Assembly: GCA_031551775.1 (NCBI GenBank)
Contig: JAVBND010000006.1
Coordinates: 3,748-67,747, forward strand
Direction: 5' to 3'
From: Eubacteriales bacterium
Lineage (GTDB): Bacteria > Bacillota > Clostridia > Christensenellales > Aristaeellaceae
Length of the DNA stretch: 64,000 bases
The notes beneath the pieces were generated by a model. It was not told the DNA's origin and did not search any database. It worked only from the letters and a program-made list of their open reading frames with translations. The translations under genes and the position numbers were made by a program. Shown piece after piece: positions 27,653-37,764 of this stretch (positions are counted from its first letter, which is position 1; the number at the start of each line of letters is the position of its first letter).

Positions 27653-28167
27653 TGGATGAAGCGCGCTTGTTTGTGGGGCTTGAACTTGGAGATGCCGCGC
27701 GCGATGCGCTTTATGCGTTTTGCGATCAATTCGATCAGGCGCTTGAGGGCAATCTTTACGAGAAGGACCTGTACCACCTGACGCTGTGTTTTCTTGGGCG
27801 AACGGCGCTTTCACGCTTGGGCGAGCTTCATGCCGCGCTTGATTCGGTTGTGAAACCGCGCATGACGCTCTCGCTGGGCGAACTTGGAACCTTTAAGCGG
27901 GACACCATCCTATGGATCGGCGTTGAAGAACCTTGCGAAGCGTTATACCAATTGCAAACGCGCCTGAGCCAGGCACTGACCGCAGCGGGGTTTCCGGTTG
28001 AAGACGCGCCCTATGTGCCGCACATCACGCTGGGGCGCAAGATGCGGTTGCGTGCGCCGCTTCCGATGGCTCCGCGCGCTTTGTTTGAAGTGAACTGCGC
28101 TACGCTCTTTGAAAGCGTGCGCGTGGGCGCTCGGCTGATATACCGTCCGATTTACCGATCATATTAA
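27652..28167 (+). CDS. thpR: RNA 2',3'-cyclic phosphodiesterase (2H phosphoesterase)
   Basis: RLFVGL, two HxT motifs (YHLTL, PHITLGR), TLFES. Confidence 0.88.
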   Translation: MDEARLFVGLELGDAARDALYAFCDQFDQALEGNLYEKDLYHLTLCFLGRTALSRLGELHAALDSVVKPRMTLSLGELGTFKRDTILWIGVEEPCEALYQLQTRLSQALTAAGFPVEDAPYVPHITLGRKMRLRAPLPMAPRALFEVNCATLFESVRVGARLIYRPIYRSY

Positions 28168-28282
28168 GGCGATTGCTTTTGCGCCAATGATGATGTATTA
28201 TGATAACACAGTTGACGCTACGTAAAGCGGCGGGAGACGTTTGACATGAGCGAAACAACTTATTTGAGGGAGGGCGTATCAC

Positions 28283-29686
28283 ATGGGTAGAAAGACCACA
28301 TTCGCTTTGTGTTTTGGCAACCGAGGGTTTATGCCGGGCGAGCTGATCCTGGGTGCGCGAGCGGACATGGTGAAGGCGGTGACCGACGCGGGCTACGGCT
28401 ACATCATCATGGATGAAGCGGCGACGCGCTATGGCGCGGTTGAGACGCGGGACGAAGGGCGGCTGTACCACGACTGGCTCAAGAGCCACGAGGGCGAGTA
28501 CGACGGCGTCATTTTTTCGATGCCTATTTTCGTAGACGAGAACGGCGCGTTTGCCGCGCTGCGCGACGCGGGCACGCCGATCCTTATGCAGGCATATCCC
28601 GACGAAATCGGGAAGCTGGGCTTCAAGTACCGCCGCGACGCCTACTGCGGCAAGTTCTCGGTGACCGATGTGTTTACCCAATGCAAGATTCCCTTTACCG
28701 TCATGAAGCCGCACGTGGTTCATCCGCTGTCGGGCGCGTTCAAACGCAATCTCGTTGATTTCGCCGCCGTATGCCGCGTCGTGGGCGGCATGAAACGCTT
28801 TACGCTGGGCGCGATCGGCGCGCGCACGACCGCGTTCAAGACCGTGCGCTTTGACGAGACGACGCTTGAGAAGTACGGTATCACGGTCGAGTCGTTTGAT
28901 CTGTCGGAACTGGTGTACAAGGTCTCCCTCAAGGCGGACGACGATAAAAAGGTCATCGAGAAGATCGAACGCCTTAAAGCGTACACCGATTTCAGCCTGG
29001 TGCCCGCTCAGAACGCGCTCGCGCTTGGCAAGGTGGGCGCGGTGATCGACGAGTACATTGAAGAATACCGCCTGGACGCGATCACGCTTCGGTGCTGGAA
29101 CGAGATGGAAACCATCCTGCGCGTGTGCCCGTGCGTGTTGCTTTCCGAACTCAACGACCGGGGCATTGTGGCCAGTTGCGAGATCGACTTGTGCAGCGCC
29201 ATCACCATGCGCGCGATGAACCTGGCGAGCGAAAAACCAACCGCCGTACTCGACTGGAACAACAACTACGGCGAGGACGAAGACAAGGTGATCTTGTTCC
29301 ACTGCGGACCGGTGGCGCAAAGCCTGATGGCGGGCAAAGGTCAAGTGACAGAGCACAAGATGTTCGCCAAGGGCGATCCGGGTTCGGGCTGGGGGAGTAA
29401 CGAGGGGCGCATCGCGGCGTTTCCGATGACATACTCCAACTGTCTGACGGTGGACGGTAAACTGCTCGTGTACGTCTCGGAAGGTGAAATGACTTCGGAT
29501 GAGATCGAGGACGGGTTCTTCGGATGCGGCGGCGTGGCCGAAATAGAGAACCTGCAGGACAAGCTGATCAAGCTCGCGCGCGGCGGGTTCAAGCACCACA
29601 CCGCAATCGGCGTTGGGCACATGAAAGACGTGCTGACCGAGGCTTTCACGACGTACCTCGGGTATGACCTGGTGGGCATCGACTGA
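28283..29686 (+). CDS. L-fucose/L-arabinose isomerase-related protein
   Basis: RRDAYCGKFS, F.TVRFDE, RCW.E, SCEID, FHCG, GFKHH motifs of the FucI-like family. Confidence 0.85.
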   Translation: MGRKTTFALCFGNRGFMPGELILGARADMVKAVTDAGYGYIIMDEAATRYGAVETRDEGRLYHDWLKSHEGEYDGVIFSMPIFVDENGAFAALRDAGTPILMQAYPDEIGKLGFKYRRDAYCGKFSVTDVFTQCKIPFTVMKPHVVHPLSGAFKRNLVDFAAVCRVVGGMKRFTLGAIGARTTAFKTVRFDETTLEKYGITVESFDLSELVYKVSLKADDDKKVIEKIERLKAYTDFSLVPAQNALALGKVGAVIDEYIEEYRLDAITLRCWNEMETILRVCPCVLLSELNDRGIVASCEIDLCSAITMRAMNLASEKPTAVLDWNNNYGEDEDKVILFHCGPVAQSLMAGKGQVTEHKMFAKGDPGSGWGSNEGRIAAFPMTYSNCLTVDGKLLVYVSEGEMTSDEIEDGFFGCGGVAEIENLQDKLIKLARGGFKHHTAIGVGHMKDVLTEAFTTYLGYDLVGID

Positions 29687-29702
29687 CGAAGGGTTTATTT
29701 TG

Positions 29703-29740
29703 GACGGCCGCTTGCGCAATGCGCGGCGGCTGTCTTTTTT
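29703..29740 (+). terminator. Intrinsic terminator
   Basis: GACGGCCGC / GCGGCTGTC stem followed by T6. Confidence 0.65.
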
Positions 29741-29816
29741 CAATTGCGCGCAAATGCGTTCACGGGCATAGGATGGATGGGCGCAAGCTCAATTCTTCTA
29801 AAAAGAGTGTGATCTG

Positions 29817-30173
29817 ATGAGCAACATCTGCTGCAATTGTGACTGCGGAGCGTGCGACGAGCTGCAGCGCCACGTGCACGCCATTATCGGCAATACCTTT
29901 ATCGCGCAAGCCGAAGAGGACCCGCATAACCATTTCTTTGCCGTCGTATCGGGCGAAGCGGAAGCCATTCCCGGCGGTCATGTACACCGCGTCTCAACGC
30001 GGACCGATTTTTATGAGGAACATTTTCACTTGATTTGCGGCGTTTCAAGCCCTGCCATTGAAGTGGGCGACCGGCATGTACACTACGTGAAGGCCGAAAC
30101 CACAACGGAAGATGGGCACCAACACGAATTCCGTTTCGTGTCGCTGCTCAACGACCCGATCGGCGACGAATAG
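29817..30173 (+). CDS. YmaF-family His-rich protein
   Basis: Repeated HxH motifs (HVH, HNH, HVH, HFH, HVH, HQH) and T.TDF; Cys-rich N-terminus. Confidence 0.8.
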   Translation: MSNICCNCDCGACDELQRHVHAIIGNTFIAQAEEDPHNHFFAVVSGEAEAIPGGHVHRVSTRTDFYEEHFHLICGVSSPAIEVGDRHVHYVKAETTTEDGHQHEFRFVSLLNDPIGDE

Positions 30174-30329
30174 AGCGCAATATCGGAAAACCAAACGCAG
30201 CGATAAAAAGCTGACCCAACCCCGGCGTTCGCCTGGGTTGGGTCCTTTGGTGTAAAAGGATGGGTACGGCCTACGGCAGGCCAGCGATATTGTCCATTGG
30301 GGAGCCCTTCATCGCTTACGCGGGGCGGT

Positions 30330-32798
30330 TTACACGCCTTTGCGCTCGTTCTTGAGCTTCTCGCCGACCGTCTGGTTGGTCGTGCGGACGTGGCCCTTGA
30401 GCGGCACGATCTTGGCGTCGATGGCGTCCAAGATCCACTCGGCCTGCGGGAAGAACGCGTCTTCCAGCTCGTGCGCGGGGGTGATCCAGTTCTTCGAGGC
30501 CACGACCACCGGCGGTGCGTCGAGGTCGTCGAAGGCCATCTCGGTCACCTGGCGCGCGACTTCGCTCGCGAATGAGCCGCGTTCGCACGCGTCGGTCACC
30601 AGAACCAGCCGCCCGGTCTTCTTGACCGATTCAAGCACCGTGTCGTAGTCGAACGGCACCAAGGTGCGCGCGTCGATGACTTCAGCTTCCACGCCGTACT
30701 TGTCTTTGAGCATCTTCGCCGCATCCATCGCGCGGTACAGCACCGCGCCAAAGGTCAGGATGGTCACGTCGCTGCCCGCGCGTTTGACATCCGCCTTGCC
30801 GAAGGGGATCTCGTAGTATTCCGCCGGGACGCCGCCCTCGTGGAACAACTCGCCGATGTCATAGATGCGCTGGCTTTCAAAGAACACCACCGGGTCGGTA
30901 CCGGAAAGCGAGGTCGCCATCAGACCCTTGGCGTCGTAAGGCGTCGCGGGGAAGGCCACCTTGAGGCCCGGGATGTGCGCGGTCAGGCTGGTCCAATCCT
31001 GCGAGTGCTGTGCGCCGTACTTGGAGCCGACCGAGACGCGAAGCGTCAGCGGCATCTTGATGATGTCGGCGGACATAGCCTGCCACTTGCTCATCTGGTT
31101 GAATACTTCGTCGCCCGCGCAGCCGAGGAAGTCACAGTACATGAGCTCGACCAGCGCGCGGCCGCCCGCCATCGCGTAGCCGACGCCGCTGCCGACGATG
31201 GCCGATTCGCTGATGGGCGAGTTGAACAGGCGGTGGTACGGCAGCGCCTCGGTGAGTCCGCGGTACACCGCGAACGCGCCGCCCCAGTCGCGCACGTCTT
31301 CGCCGTAGCTGACCAGCGTCGGGTCCTTGTAGAAGCGGTCGATGATCGCTTCGAACAGGCCGTCGCGGTACTGATAGACCTTGTTCTTGGAAACCGGCTT
31401 GCCGTCGGCGGTCAGGCCGAAGCGCTCTTTTTTCGCAATTGCCTGGACGCGCGGGTTTTCCTCCATCGGCATGAGGACATCGCTCTTGGCATCCGAAAAC
31501 GCCTCGACGCGGCCGTTGGTGAACATCATGTCGGCGATCTCGTCCGGGTTCTTGTCGAGGTTCATGCGCGGGGATACCGTATCATCTATCGAGAGCTTGA
31601 AGTTCTTGAAGATGGCGGCCTTGACCGAATTCACGATATCGTCGAGCTCGGACTCATTCGCGACTTTGGCGTCAAGCAGTTGCTTGCGGAACTCAATGAT
31701 CGGGTCCTGGGCCTCCCAGGCGGCGATCTCTTCCTTGGTGCGGTAGCTTGAGGAGTCAGACGGGCTGTGGCCGGACAGACGGTAGGTCAGAACGTCGAGC
31801 AGCACCGGGCCTTCGCCCTTGAGGAGTAGTTCCTTCTTGCGCTTGTAGGCGTCGATTACGGCCAGCGGATTCCAACCGTCCACGCGCTCGGCGTGCATCT
31901 GGTTGGGGTTGAAGCCCGCGCCCAGGCGCGCAAGCACATCGTAGGCCATGGTTTCGCCGTTGGTTTGTCCGCCCATGCCGTACTGGTTGTTGAAGATGTT
32001 GAACAGGACCGGCAAGCCGCCCTTCATTTCGTCGTCCCAGAGCTTGGTGAGCTGGCCCATGCCCGCCATGTTGAGCGCCTCGAGCACAGGTCCACGGCCA
32101 AGCGAGCCGTCGCCGATGTTGGCCACGACGATGCCTTTCTTGCGGTTGACGCGCTTGTACAGCGCCGCGCCCATCGAGATGGTGCCGCTGCCGCCGACCA
32201 GGGCGTTGTTGGGGTAGATGCCAAAGGGCGTGAAGAAGGTATGCATGGAACCGCCGAGGCCGCGGTTGAAGCCGGTCTCGCGCGCGAAAATTTCCGCCAT
32301 TGCGCCGTAGAGCAGGAAGTCGATCGCCAGCGCCTTGACGTTGTCGTGCTTTTCCTTCTCGACCACCTTCAGCGTCTCGCCGCCCAGGAAGTTCTTCATG
32401 ATGTCCATGAGCGCGTCGTCAGACAGCTTCTCAATGGCGCTTAAGCCCTTGGCGAGGATATCGCAGTGCGCGCGGTGGGAGCCGAAGATCAGGTCATCGG
32501 TGTCGAGGTAGAACGCTTCGCCGACGGCGCTGGCTTCCTGGCCGATGCCAAGGTGCGCAGGGCCGGGGTGGTTGTAGGCCACGCCGCTGTACTCGCCGGT
32601 CGTCTTGATCAGGTGGATCATGGTTTCAAACTCGCGCAGGAAGAGCATGTCGCGGTAGATGTTGAGGAATTGCTTGGTGGTGAAATTGTTAACTTCATCC
32701 TTGACCGTCTTTTGATAGACGTTTACGGGGATGTCCTCAAAGTGGACGAGGGAGGGTTTGCGCATCTCATTGGGGTCGATAAACAGTTGCTTGGACAT
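30330..32798 (-). CDS. 2-oxoacid/acetoin dehydrogenase E1, fused alpha and beta subunits
   Basis: AHLGIGQEA, GSHRAH, GGSMH, GDGS...NNQY ThDP motif, YRLSGHSPSD, then beta-part GEDV, PISESAIVG, GAQHSQ. Confidence 0.92.
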   Translation of the reverse strand: MSKQLFIDPNEMRKPSLVHFEDIPVNVYQKTVKDEVNNFTTKQFLNIYRDMLFLREFETMIHLIKTTGEYSGVAYNHPGPAHLGIGQEASAVGEAFYLDTDDLIFGSHRAHCDILAKGLSAIEKLSDDALMDIMKNFLGGETLKVVEKEKHDNVKALAIDFLLYGAMAEIFARETGFNRGLGGSMHTFFTPFGIYPNNALVGGSGTISMGAALYKRVNRKKGIVVANIGDGSLGRGPVLEALNMAGMGQLTKLWDDEMKGGLPVLFNIFNNQYGMGGQTNGETMAYDVLARLGAGFNPNQMHAERVDGWNPLAVIDAYKRKKELLLKGEGPVLLDVLTYRLSGHSPSDSSSYRTKEEIAAWEAQDPIIEFRKQLLDAKVANESELDDIVNSVKAAIFKNFKLSIDDTVSPRMNLDKNPDEIADMMFTNGRVEAFSDAKSDVLMPMEENPRVQAIAKKERFGLTADGKPVSKNKVYQYRDGLFEAIIDRFYKDPTLVSYGEDVRDWGGAFAVYRGLTEALPYHRLFNSPISESAIVGSGVGYAMAGGRALVELMYCDFLGCAGDEVFNQMSKWQAMSADIIKMPLTLRVSVGSKYGAQHSQDWTSLTAHIPGLKVAFPATPYDAKGLMATSLSGTDPVVFFESQRIYDIGELFHEGGVPAEYYEIPFGKADVKRAGSDVTILTFGAVLYRAMDAAKMLKDKYGVEAEVIDARTLVPFDYDTVLESVKKTGRLVLVTDACERGSFASEVARQVTEMAFDDLDAPPVVVASKNWITPAHELEDAFFPQAEWILDAIDAKIVPLKGHVRTTNQTVGEKLKNERKGV

Positions 32799-32821
32799 GG
32801 GGGTCACTCCTTACTGTATGT

Positions 32822-34192
32822 TCAGTCGTTAAATTCCCAGATGACTTCGCGGATGATCTCGCTGACGGTGGGATGGGGGAAGATGATTTCCTTGGCGTCG
32901 CTCACGCGCAGTTCAAGCTCAATCATCTCCGCCGCGCCCCAGATGATTTCGGAGGCATACGCACCGATCATGTGAACGCCGATGATGTTTCGGTGCTTTT
33001 GATCGATCAGCACCTTGCACAGCCCGTCTTCGCCCTCGTTTTCGGCGACAAAACGGCCCGCGTAGCGCATGGAGAGCTTCTTGACTTCGCAGTCAATGCC
33101 CGCTTCCTTCGCGCCTTCCTCGGTATAGCCCACGCCCGCGACTTCCGGCTTGGTGTAGATAACCGAAGGATTGGCCCCGTAGCGCATGACATCTTTCTTG
33201 CCGATCATCGTGTTGACGGCAACTTCGCTTTCGCGGTAGGCGGTGTGCGCCAGCATGTGGTGGCCGTTGACGTCGCCCGCCGCGTAGACGTTTTCAACAT
33301 TGGTCAGGCAGTGATCGTCGGTCACGATGCCCATGCGGTTTGTTTCAACGCCGATCTTGTCAAGACCGAGCGCCTGGAAATCAGCCCTGCGGCCGATTGA
33401 GCACAGAACCTTGTCCGCAGGAATTTCAAGGGGTTTTCCGCTTAAGTCTTCGCAGAGCACCTTGCCGCCCGAAACGCCGGTGACCTTGGTCGAGAGCAGG
33501 AAATTTACGCCTTTTTTCTGGTATTCCTTGAGCAGGATATCGCGGATTTCACCGTCTGTCGGGCCGGCGATGTGGTCAAGCATCTCAACCACGGTTACAT
33601 TCGCGCCGGCGGTATTGTAATAGGCCGCCATCTCAAGGCCGATGACGCCGCCGCCGATGATGACGAATTCCTTGGGCACTTCGGGCAATTCCAGCACTTC
33701 GCGGTTGGTGAGCACAAAACCGGTCTCGTAATGCTCGCGCAGGCCGGGGATGGGCGGCATGACCGGGACCGAACCCGCCGCGATCAGGAGGCGCTTGGCC
33801 TCATAGGTTTCCCCTGCCGCTTCCACCGCAAAGCCGCCGGGGACTTTTCCCTTGATGGTGGCCATTTCCTTGACCACGGTGACGCCCGCGCCTTTCATCT
33901 TGGCGCCCACACCCGCGACCAATGTGCGCACGACCTTGGCGCGGCGCTTGACGACTGCCGCGTGATCGAGGCTCGCGCCCTCGACCTTGACGCCGTACTG
34001 GGCGGCGTGCGCGGCATATTCGTAGATTTTTGCCGAGTGCAGGAGGGCCTTGCTTGGGATGCAGCCTTCATTGAGGCATACGCCGCCAAGCGCGCGCTTT
34101 TCAAAAAGGCATGTGGAAAGCCCGGCGTGCGCCGCACGCTCGGAAGCTAAGTAACCGGCGGGGCCGCCGCCGATGACGATCAGATCGAACAT
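32822..34192 (-). CDS. lpdA: Dihydrolipoyl dehydrogenase (E3)
   Basis: GGGPAG, GGVCLNEGCIPSK, GGGVIGLE, MLAH, FPHPTVSE. Confidence 0.96.
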   Translation of the reverse strand: MFDLIVIGGGPAGYLASERAAHAGLSTCLFEKRALGGVCLNEGCIPSKALLHSAKIYEYAAHAAQYGVKVEGASLDHAAVVKRRAKVVRTLVAGVGAKMKGAGVTVVKEMATIKGKVPGGFAVEAAGETYEAKRLLIAAGSVPVMPPIPGLREHYETGFVLTNREVLELPEVPKEFVIIGGGVIGLEMAAYYNTAGANVTVVEMLDHIAGPTDGEIRDILLKEYQKKGVNFLLSTKVTGVSGGKVLCEDLSGKPLEIPADKVLCSIGRRADFQALGLDKIGVETNRMGIVTDDHCLTNVENVYAAGDVNGHHMLAHTAYRESEVAVNTMIGKKDVMRYGANPSVIYTKPEVAGVGYTEEGAKEAGIDCEVKKLSMRYAGRFVAENEGEDGLCKVLIDQKHRNIIGVHMIGAYASEIIWGAAEMIELELRVSDAKEIIFPHPTVSEIIREVIWEFND

Positions 34193-34204
34193 TCGTTGTC
34201 CTCC

Positions 34205-35566
34205 TTATTTGGCCAGCAGCAGCGTAAAGTTTTCAAGGTTGTCCTTGAGGTTCTTGAGGAAGCGCGACGCGGGCGCGCCGTCAAGCGCCCTGTGGTCGTA
34301 TGTCAAAGACAGGTTCATTGCCGGATAGCAGACGATCTGTCCGTTGACTTCCCTGACGCGCGTCTCGATGGCGCACACGCCCAGGATGCCGGTTTGCGGC
34401 GGATTGATGACCGGCGTGAAGGATTCAACGCCCAGCGCGCCGAGGTTGGAAACGGTGAAAGAACCGCCGCGAATACAATCGGGGTTGATGGAACCGGCCT
34501 GGCATTCCTTCGCAAGGCGCTTGGCTTCGGTTGAGAGCTCAAGCAGGCTGAGCTGCTCCGCGCCAAAGATCGTGGGCACCATGAGTCCGCGCTCGGTATC
34601 GACAGCAACGCCCAGGTTCACGTGCCGGAAGAACTTCATGGTCTTGCCGTCGTCGATCAGGTTGGCGTTGAGGGCGCGGTGCTCCGGCATGGCAAGCGTC
34701 CTGGCCACGGCATAGAGGACGATGTCGTTTAGCGTGATCTTGCTCATGCCAAGCGCTTCACCCCTGTCCTTGAAGGTCTTGCGCAGCGCTTGGATCTGGC
34801 TGGCGTCAAAGTGCATGTTGTGGGTCAACTGCGCCATGGAGGAGAGCGAGAGCGCCATGGACTTGGCGATCACCTTGCGCATGTTGCTCATGGGCTCGGT
34901 GTAGGTGTCTTCCTGCGCGGCGACCGAGGCAACCGGCGTGGCGGCGGGAGCCGCGGCTTCCGCGGGGCGGGCAAGATCGTTCAGCGTTACGCGTCCGCCA
35001 AGACCCGTACCCGTGAGGCCGCCTGCGTATCCGCTGCGCGCGGCGGGGGTGACGACCTGGCCCTTGTCGAGAAGCGCTTGCACGTCGCGCGCGATCACGC
35101 GGCCATCGGGGCCGGAAGGGGAGACTTTGGAAAGATCGGCTCCGGTGCGCTCAGCAAGCGCCTTGGCGCGCGGAGAAATCTTCATATCGCCTAAGATGAC
35201 GACCGGCGCGGCGGCGATTTCCTCAGCCACAGCGGCGGGGGCGCCGGGGGCGGTATCACCCGCGGTTGCCTGTTCGACGGGCGAAGCGGCGCATCCGGCA
35301 TGGGGGTCAAATTCGCCGTAGGATTCGCCGGGATTGCCGATCACGCACATGTTGGCAAGCACCGGCACATCGTCGCCTTCCTCAAAGAAGGTGGCAAGCA
35401 GCGTGCCTTCCACCTTGGCTTCCTCCTCAAAGGCGGCTTTGTCGGTCTCGTAGGAAAATAGGATGTCGCCCACGTGGACGGTGTCGCCGGGTTTCTTGAC
35501 CCACTTGGTTACGATGCAGCTTTCGACCGTGTTGCCCTGCCGGGGCATGATTACAGGCAGCGCCAT
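34205..35566 (-). CDS. Dihydrolipoamide acyltransferase (E2)
   Basis: Lipoyl domain ETDKA, E3-binding ISPRAKALA..GPDGRV, catalytic DHRALDG. Confidence 0.95.
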   Translation of the reverse strand: MALPVIMPRQGNTVESCIVTKWVKKPGDTVHVGDILFSYETDKAAFEEEAKVEGTLLATFFEEGDDVPVLANMCVIGNPGESYGEFDPHAGCAASPVEQATAGDTAPGAPAAVAEEIAAAPVVILGDMKISPRAKALAERTGADLSKVSPSGPDGRVIARDVQALLDKGQVVTPAARSGYAGGLTGTGLGGRVTLNDLARPAEAAAPAATPVASVAAQEDTYTEPMSNMRKVIAKSMALSLSSMAQLTHNMHFDASQIQALRKTFKDRGEALGMSKITLNDIVLYAVARTLAMPEHRALNANLIDDGKTMKFFRHVNLGVAVDTERGLMVPTIFGAEQLSLLELSTEAKRLAKECQAGSINPDCIRGGSFTVSNLGALGVESFTPVINPPQTGILGVCAIETRVREVNGQIVCYPAMNLSLTYDHRALDGAPASRFLKNLKDNLENFTLLLAK

Positions 35567-35707
35567 AAGCATCCTCCTTGGCTGTTGAAGCACAAATTAT
35601 TGTCAGGTTCATTGTAGCCTATATACCCGACCGCTTCAATCTTAGCACACAATTTTATCCCCAAATTAAATGTGCTTAACAAATACGGGCTAAAAATTTG
35701 GAACCTC

Positions 35708-35736
35708 TTGCCAATCTTGCAAAGAGGGGATATAAT
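35708..35736 (+). promoter_or_regulatory. sigmaA promoter of the NUDIX gene
   Basis: TTGCCA-17-TATAAT. Confidence 0.75.
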
Positions 35737-35766
35737 GAGCCATTGGTGCGCGGGAGGAAGTATACG

Positions 35767-36222
35767 ATGGCGATACGCAACTCGGCCAAGGCACTCGTCG
35801 TGCGGGACGGAAAGATATTGCTTAACCGGTGCCGCTCGAGGTTCGGGCTGTATTATGCGCTGCCCGGCGGCGGCCAGAAGGTGGGGGAGACGCTTGAAGA
35901 AGCGATCCGACGCGAGCTTCTTGAGGAAACCGGCCTGAGCGTCACGCCCCAACGCATGGCGGGCATATATGAGCAGGTGACGAGCCGCCGTGACGGAGGG
36001 CCTGACCACAAGCTGTATTTTCTGTTCCTGTGCCAACTCAACGACATCGAGAAGAAAAAGCCAACCGAGCGCGACGCGTATCAACTGTCGAGCGAATGGG
36101 TGGATCTTGCCGATGCGGTAAACGGGCGCCTGTTCCCGCGCACCGTCCGCGACAATTTGCTGCGCATGATCTACGGAGATTCGACGTACTTCCTGGGTTC
36201 GCAAAGAAAGGGCGGAGGGTGA
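35767..36222 (+). CDS. NUDIX hydrolase
   Basis: PGGGQKVGETLEEAIRRELLEETG Nudix box. Confidence 0.92.
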   Translation: MAIRNSAKALVVRDGKILLNRCRSRFGLYYALPGGGQKVGETLEEAIRRELLEETGLSVTPQRMAGIYEQVTSRRDGGPDHKLYFLFLCQLNDIEKKKPTERDAYQLSSEWVDLADAVNGRLFPRTVRDNLLRMIYGDSTYFLGSQRKGGG

Positions 36223-36252
36223 TCATTGACATATGGCGGGAGGGCGGGCACT

Positions 36253-37764
36253 TCAACGTTCGATTGGGCGCGCTTTCAGCGCAAACGAGATGTTCAGCCC
36301 CTGGCCGGGTTTTGAGTTGGCGCTGACCGTGCCGCCCATGGCTTCGATGGCGTTTTTTACAATGTACAGCCCCAACCCGGCGCCTGAACCGCCTCGCGAC
36401 GGGGCGGTTTTGTAGTACCGGTCAAAGAGGTGCGGCAAGTGCTCTTGAGGAACGCCGGGGCCGGTGTCGCCGACGCTGATGATCACGTCGCTTCCTTCGG
36501 AACCCCGCGCGATCAGTTTGATTGCGCCGCCCTTGGGTGTGTAGCGCTGGGCGTTTGCGATCAGGTTGTCGAACACGCGCCAGATTTCTTCGCTCAATTG
36601 AACCAGGCAATCTTGGCGGTAGCTTACCGTGAGAGAAATGCCCGCGTTTTCCAGTTGCCCATGATAGCGCACGTCCACTTCGCTCATCAATGCTGAAAGC
36701 CCTACCCAGTCCATTGGCTTTTCGGGCGCGCTCGGCCCAGGCCGAACCGCATCAAACAAATTCTGGATCAGCCGCGCCATGTCCTGGTTTTTCTGATAGG
36801 CAGTCGATAGGCGGCGCTGGGTCTTGGGCGGCGTCTCATCCTCAAGCAGCATTTCAAGGTTAACCGACATAACCGAGAGCGGCGTCTTCAGGTCGTGGGA
36901 GATGTTTTGAACCAACTCCCTGACGCTTCTTTCCGAAGCGGTAAGCTGGGCGTTTGCCTTGGTCAATTCACGCGTGCGCTCCTGCACTTTTTCTTCGAGC
37001 AGCGCGTTTGCCTGTTCTACGGCCTTCAGTGCTTTGGCGTAGCGGCTGGCCAGAAGTACCGCGTGAATTGCCGCAAACGCGAAATTGAACACGACCGCGA
37101 TGTAGGGCACAGAGGCGTACATGGACGCTGTGAAAGAGAAGGATATGGCATAGAGCACAAAGCCGAACAAGTAAAGGATCGACAGGCGGTCTGCTTTGAA
37201 TTCAGGCGAGCGGAGGATGACGTAGATGCTGTTTGCGATGAAGCACAGCGCCACCGGCGCCCCAAGGATCGCGCGCCAGATGGTTCGGTCCAGGCCAAGC
37301 GCCGCGATAAGCAGGTTGACCACCATGATCGAGGCGATTACCGCACGTTTGATTTTTAGGCTTCTGCCTTCGCCGTAGATTTCGTACACGAACATCACGA
37401 GACCGGTCACGCCCAAGGTGAAGGGAATGTACTTGAGCGCGAGGATGGCGGTTTCGCTCAGGCCCGGAAACAGCAAGGGGCCTATGCTTGCGTCCATGAA
37501 GAAAAAACGGATGGTCTGGCCCACGCAGAACATGGCGAAGTATTGCCCTGCGCGTTCGCGCCGGGAGAAAAGGCGAAGCGTAGAAGAAAACATTGCCGTC
37601 ATCAGCAGGCCGCCTGAGACCAGACAAATGGCAATCTGAATATTGCCCTGATCGCCGGTGCCTGAAAGCGGCCCGACGCCGAGCACGAGCGTAAGCAATA
37701 TGATGAGCACCGCCATGACTGTTATGTTCAGGGCGACTTCAAAAACGCGAAATGCAAGCTTCAT
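36253..37764 (-). CDS. Sensor histidine kinase with a multi-TM (7TM-DISM-like) input domain
   Basis: About 7-8 TMs, LEEKVQERTREL coiled coil, ISHDLKTPL, NLIANA, DTGPG, GAGLGL. Confidence 0.9.
   Translation of the reverse strand: MKLAFRVFEVALNITVMAVLIILLTLVLGVGPLSGTGDQGNIQIAICLVSGGLLMTAMFSSTLRLFSRRERAGQYFAMFCVGQTIRFFFMDASIGPLLFPGLSETAILALKYIPFTLGVTGLVMFVYEIYGEGRSLKIKRAVIASIMVVNLLIAALGLDRTIWRAILGAPVALCFIANSIYVILRSPEFKADRLSILYLFGFVLYAISFSFTASMYASVPYIAVVFNFAFAAIHAVLLASRYAKALKAVEQANALLEEKVQERTRELTKANAQLTASERSVRELVQNISHDLKTPLSVMSVNLEMLLEDETPPKTQRRLSTAYQKNQDMARLIQNLFDAVRPGPSAPEKPMDWVGLSALMSEVDVRYHGQLENAGISLTVSYRQDCLVQLSEEIWRVFDNLIANAQRYTPKGGAIKLIARGSEGSDVIISVGDTGPGVPQEHLPHLFDRYYKTAPSRGGSGAGLGLYIVKNAIEAMGGTVSANSKPGQGLNISFALKARPIER

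Noticed and set aside
30174-30329. Hairpins between ymaF and the E1 gene as a possible ncRNA
   Set aside because: Adequately explained as terminator structure between convergent genes; no recognisable RNA family motif
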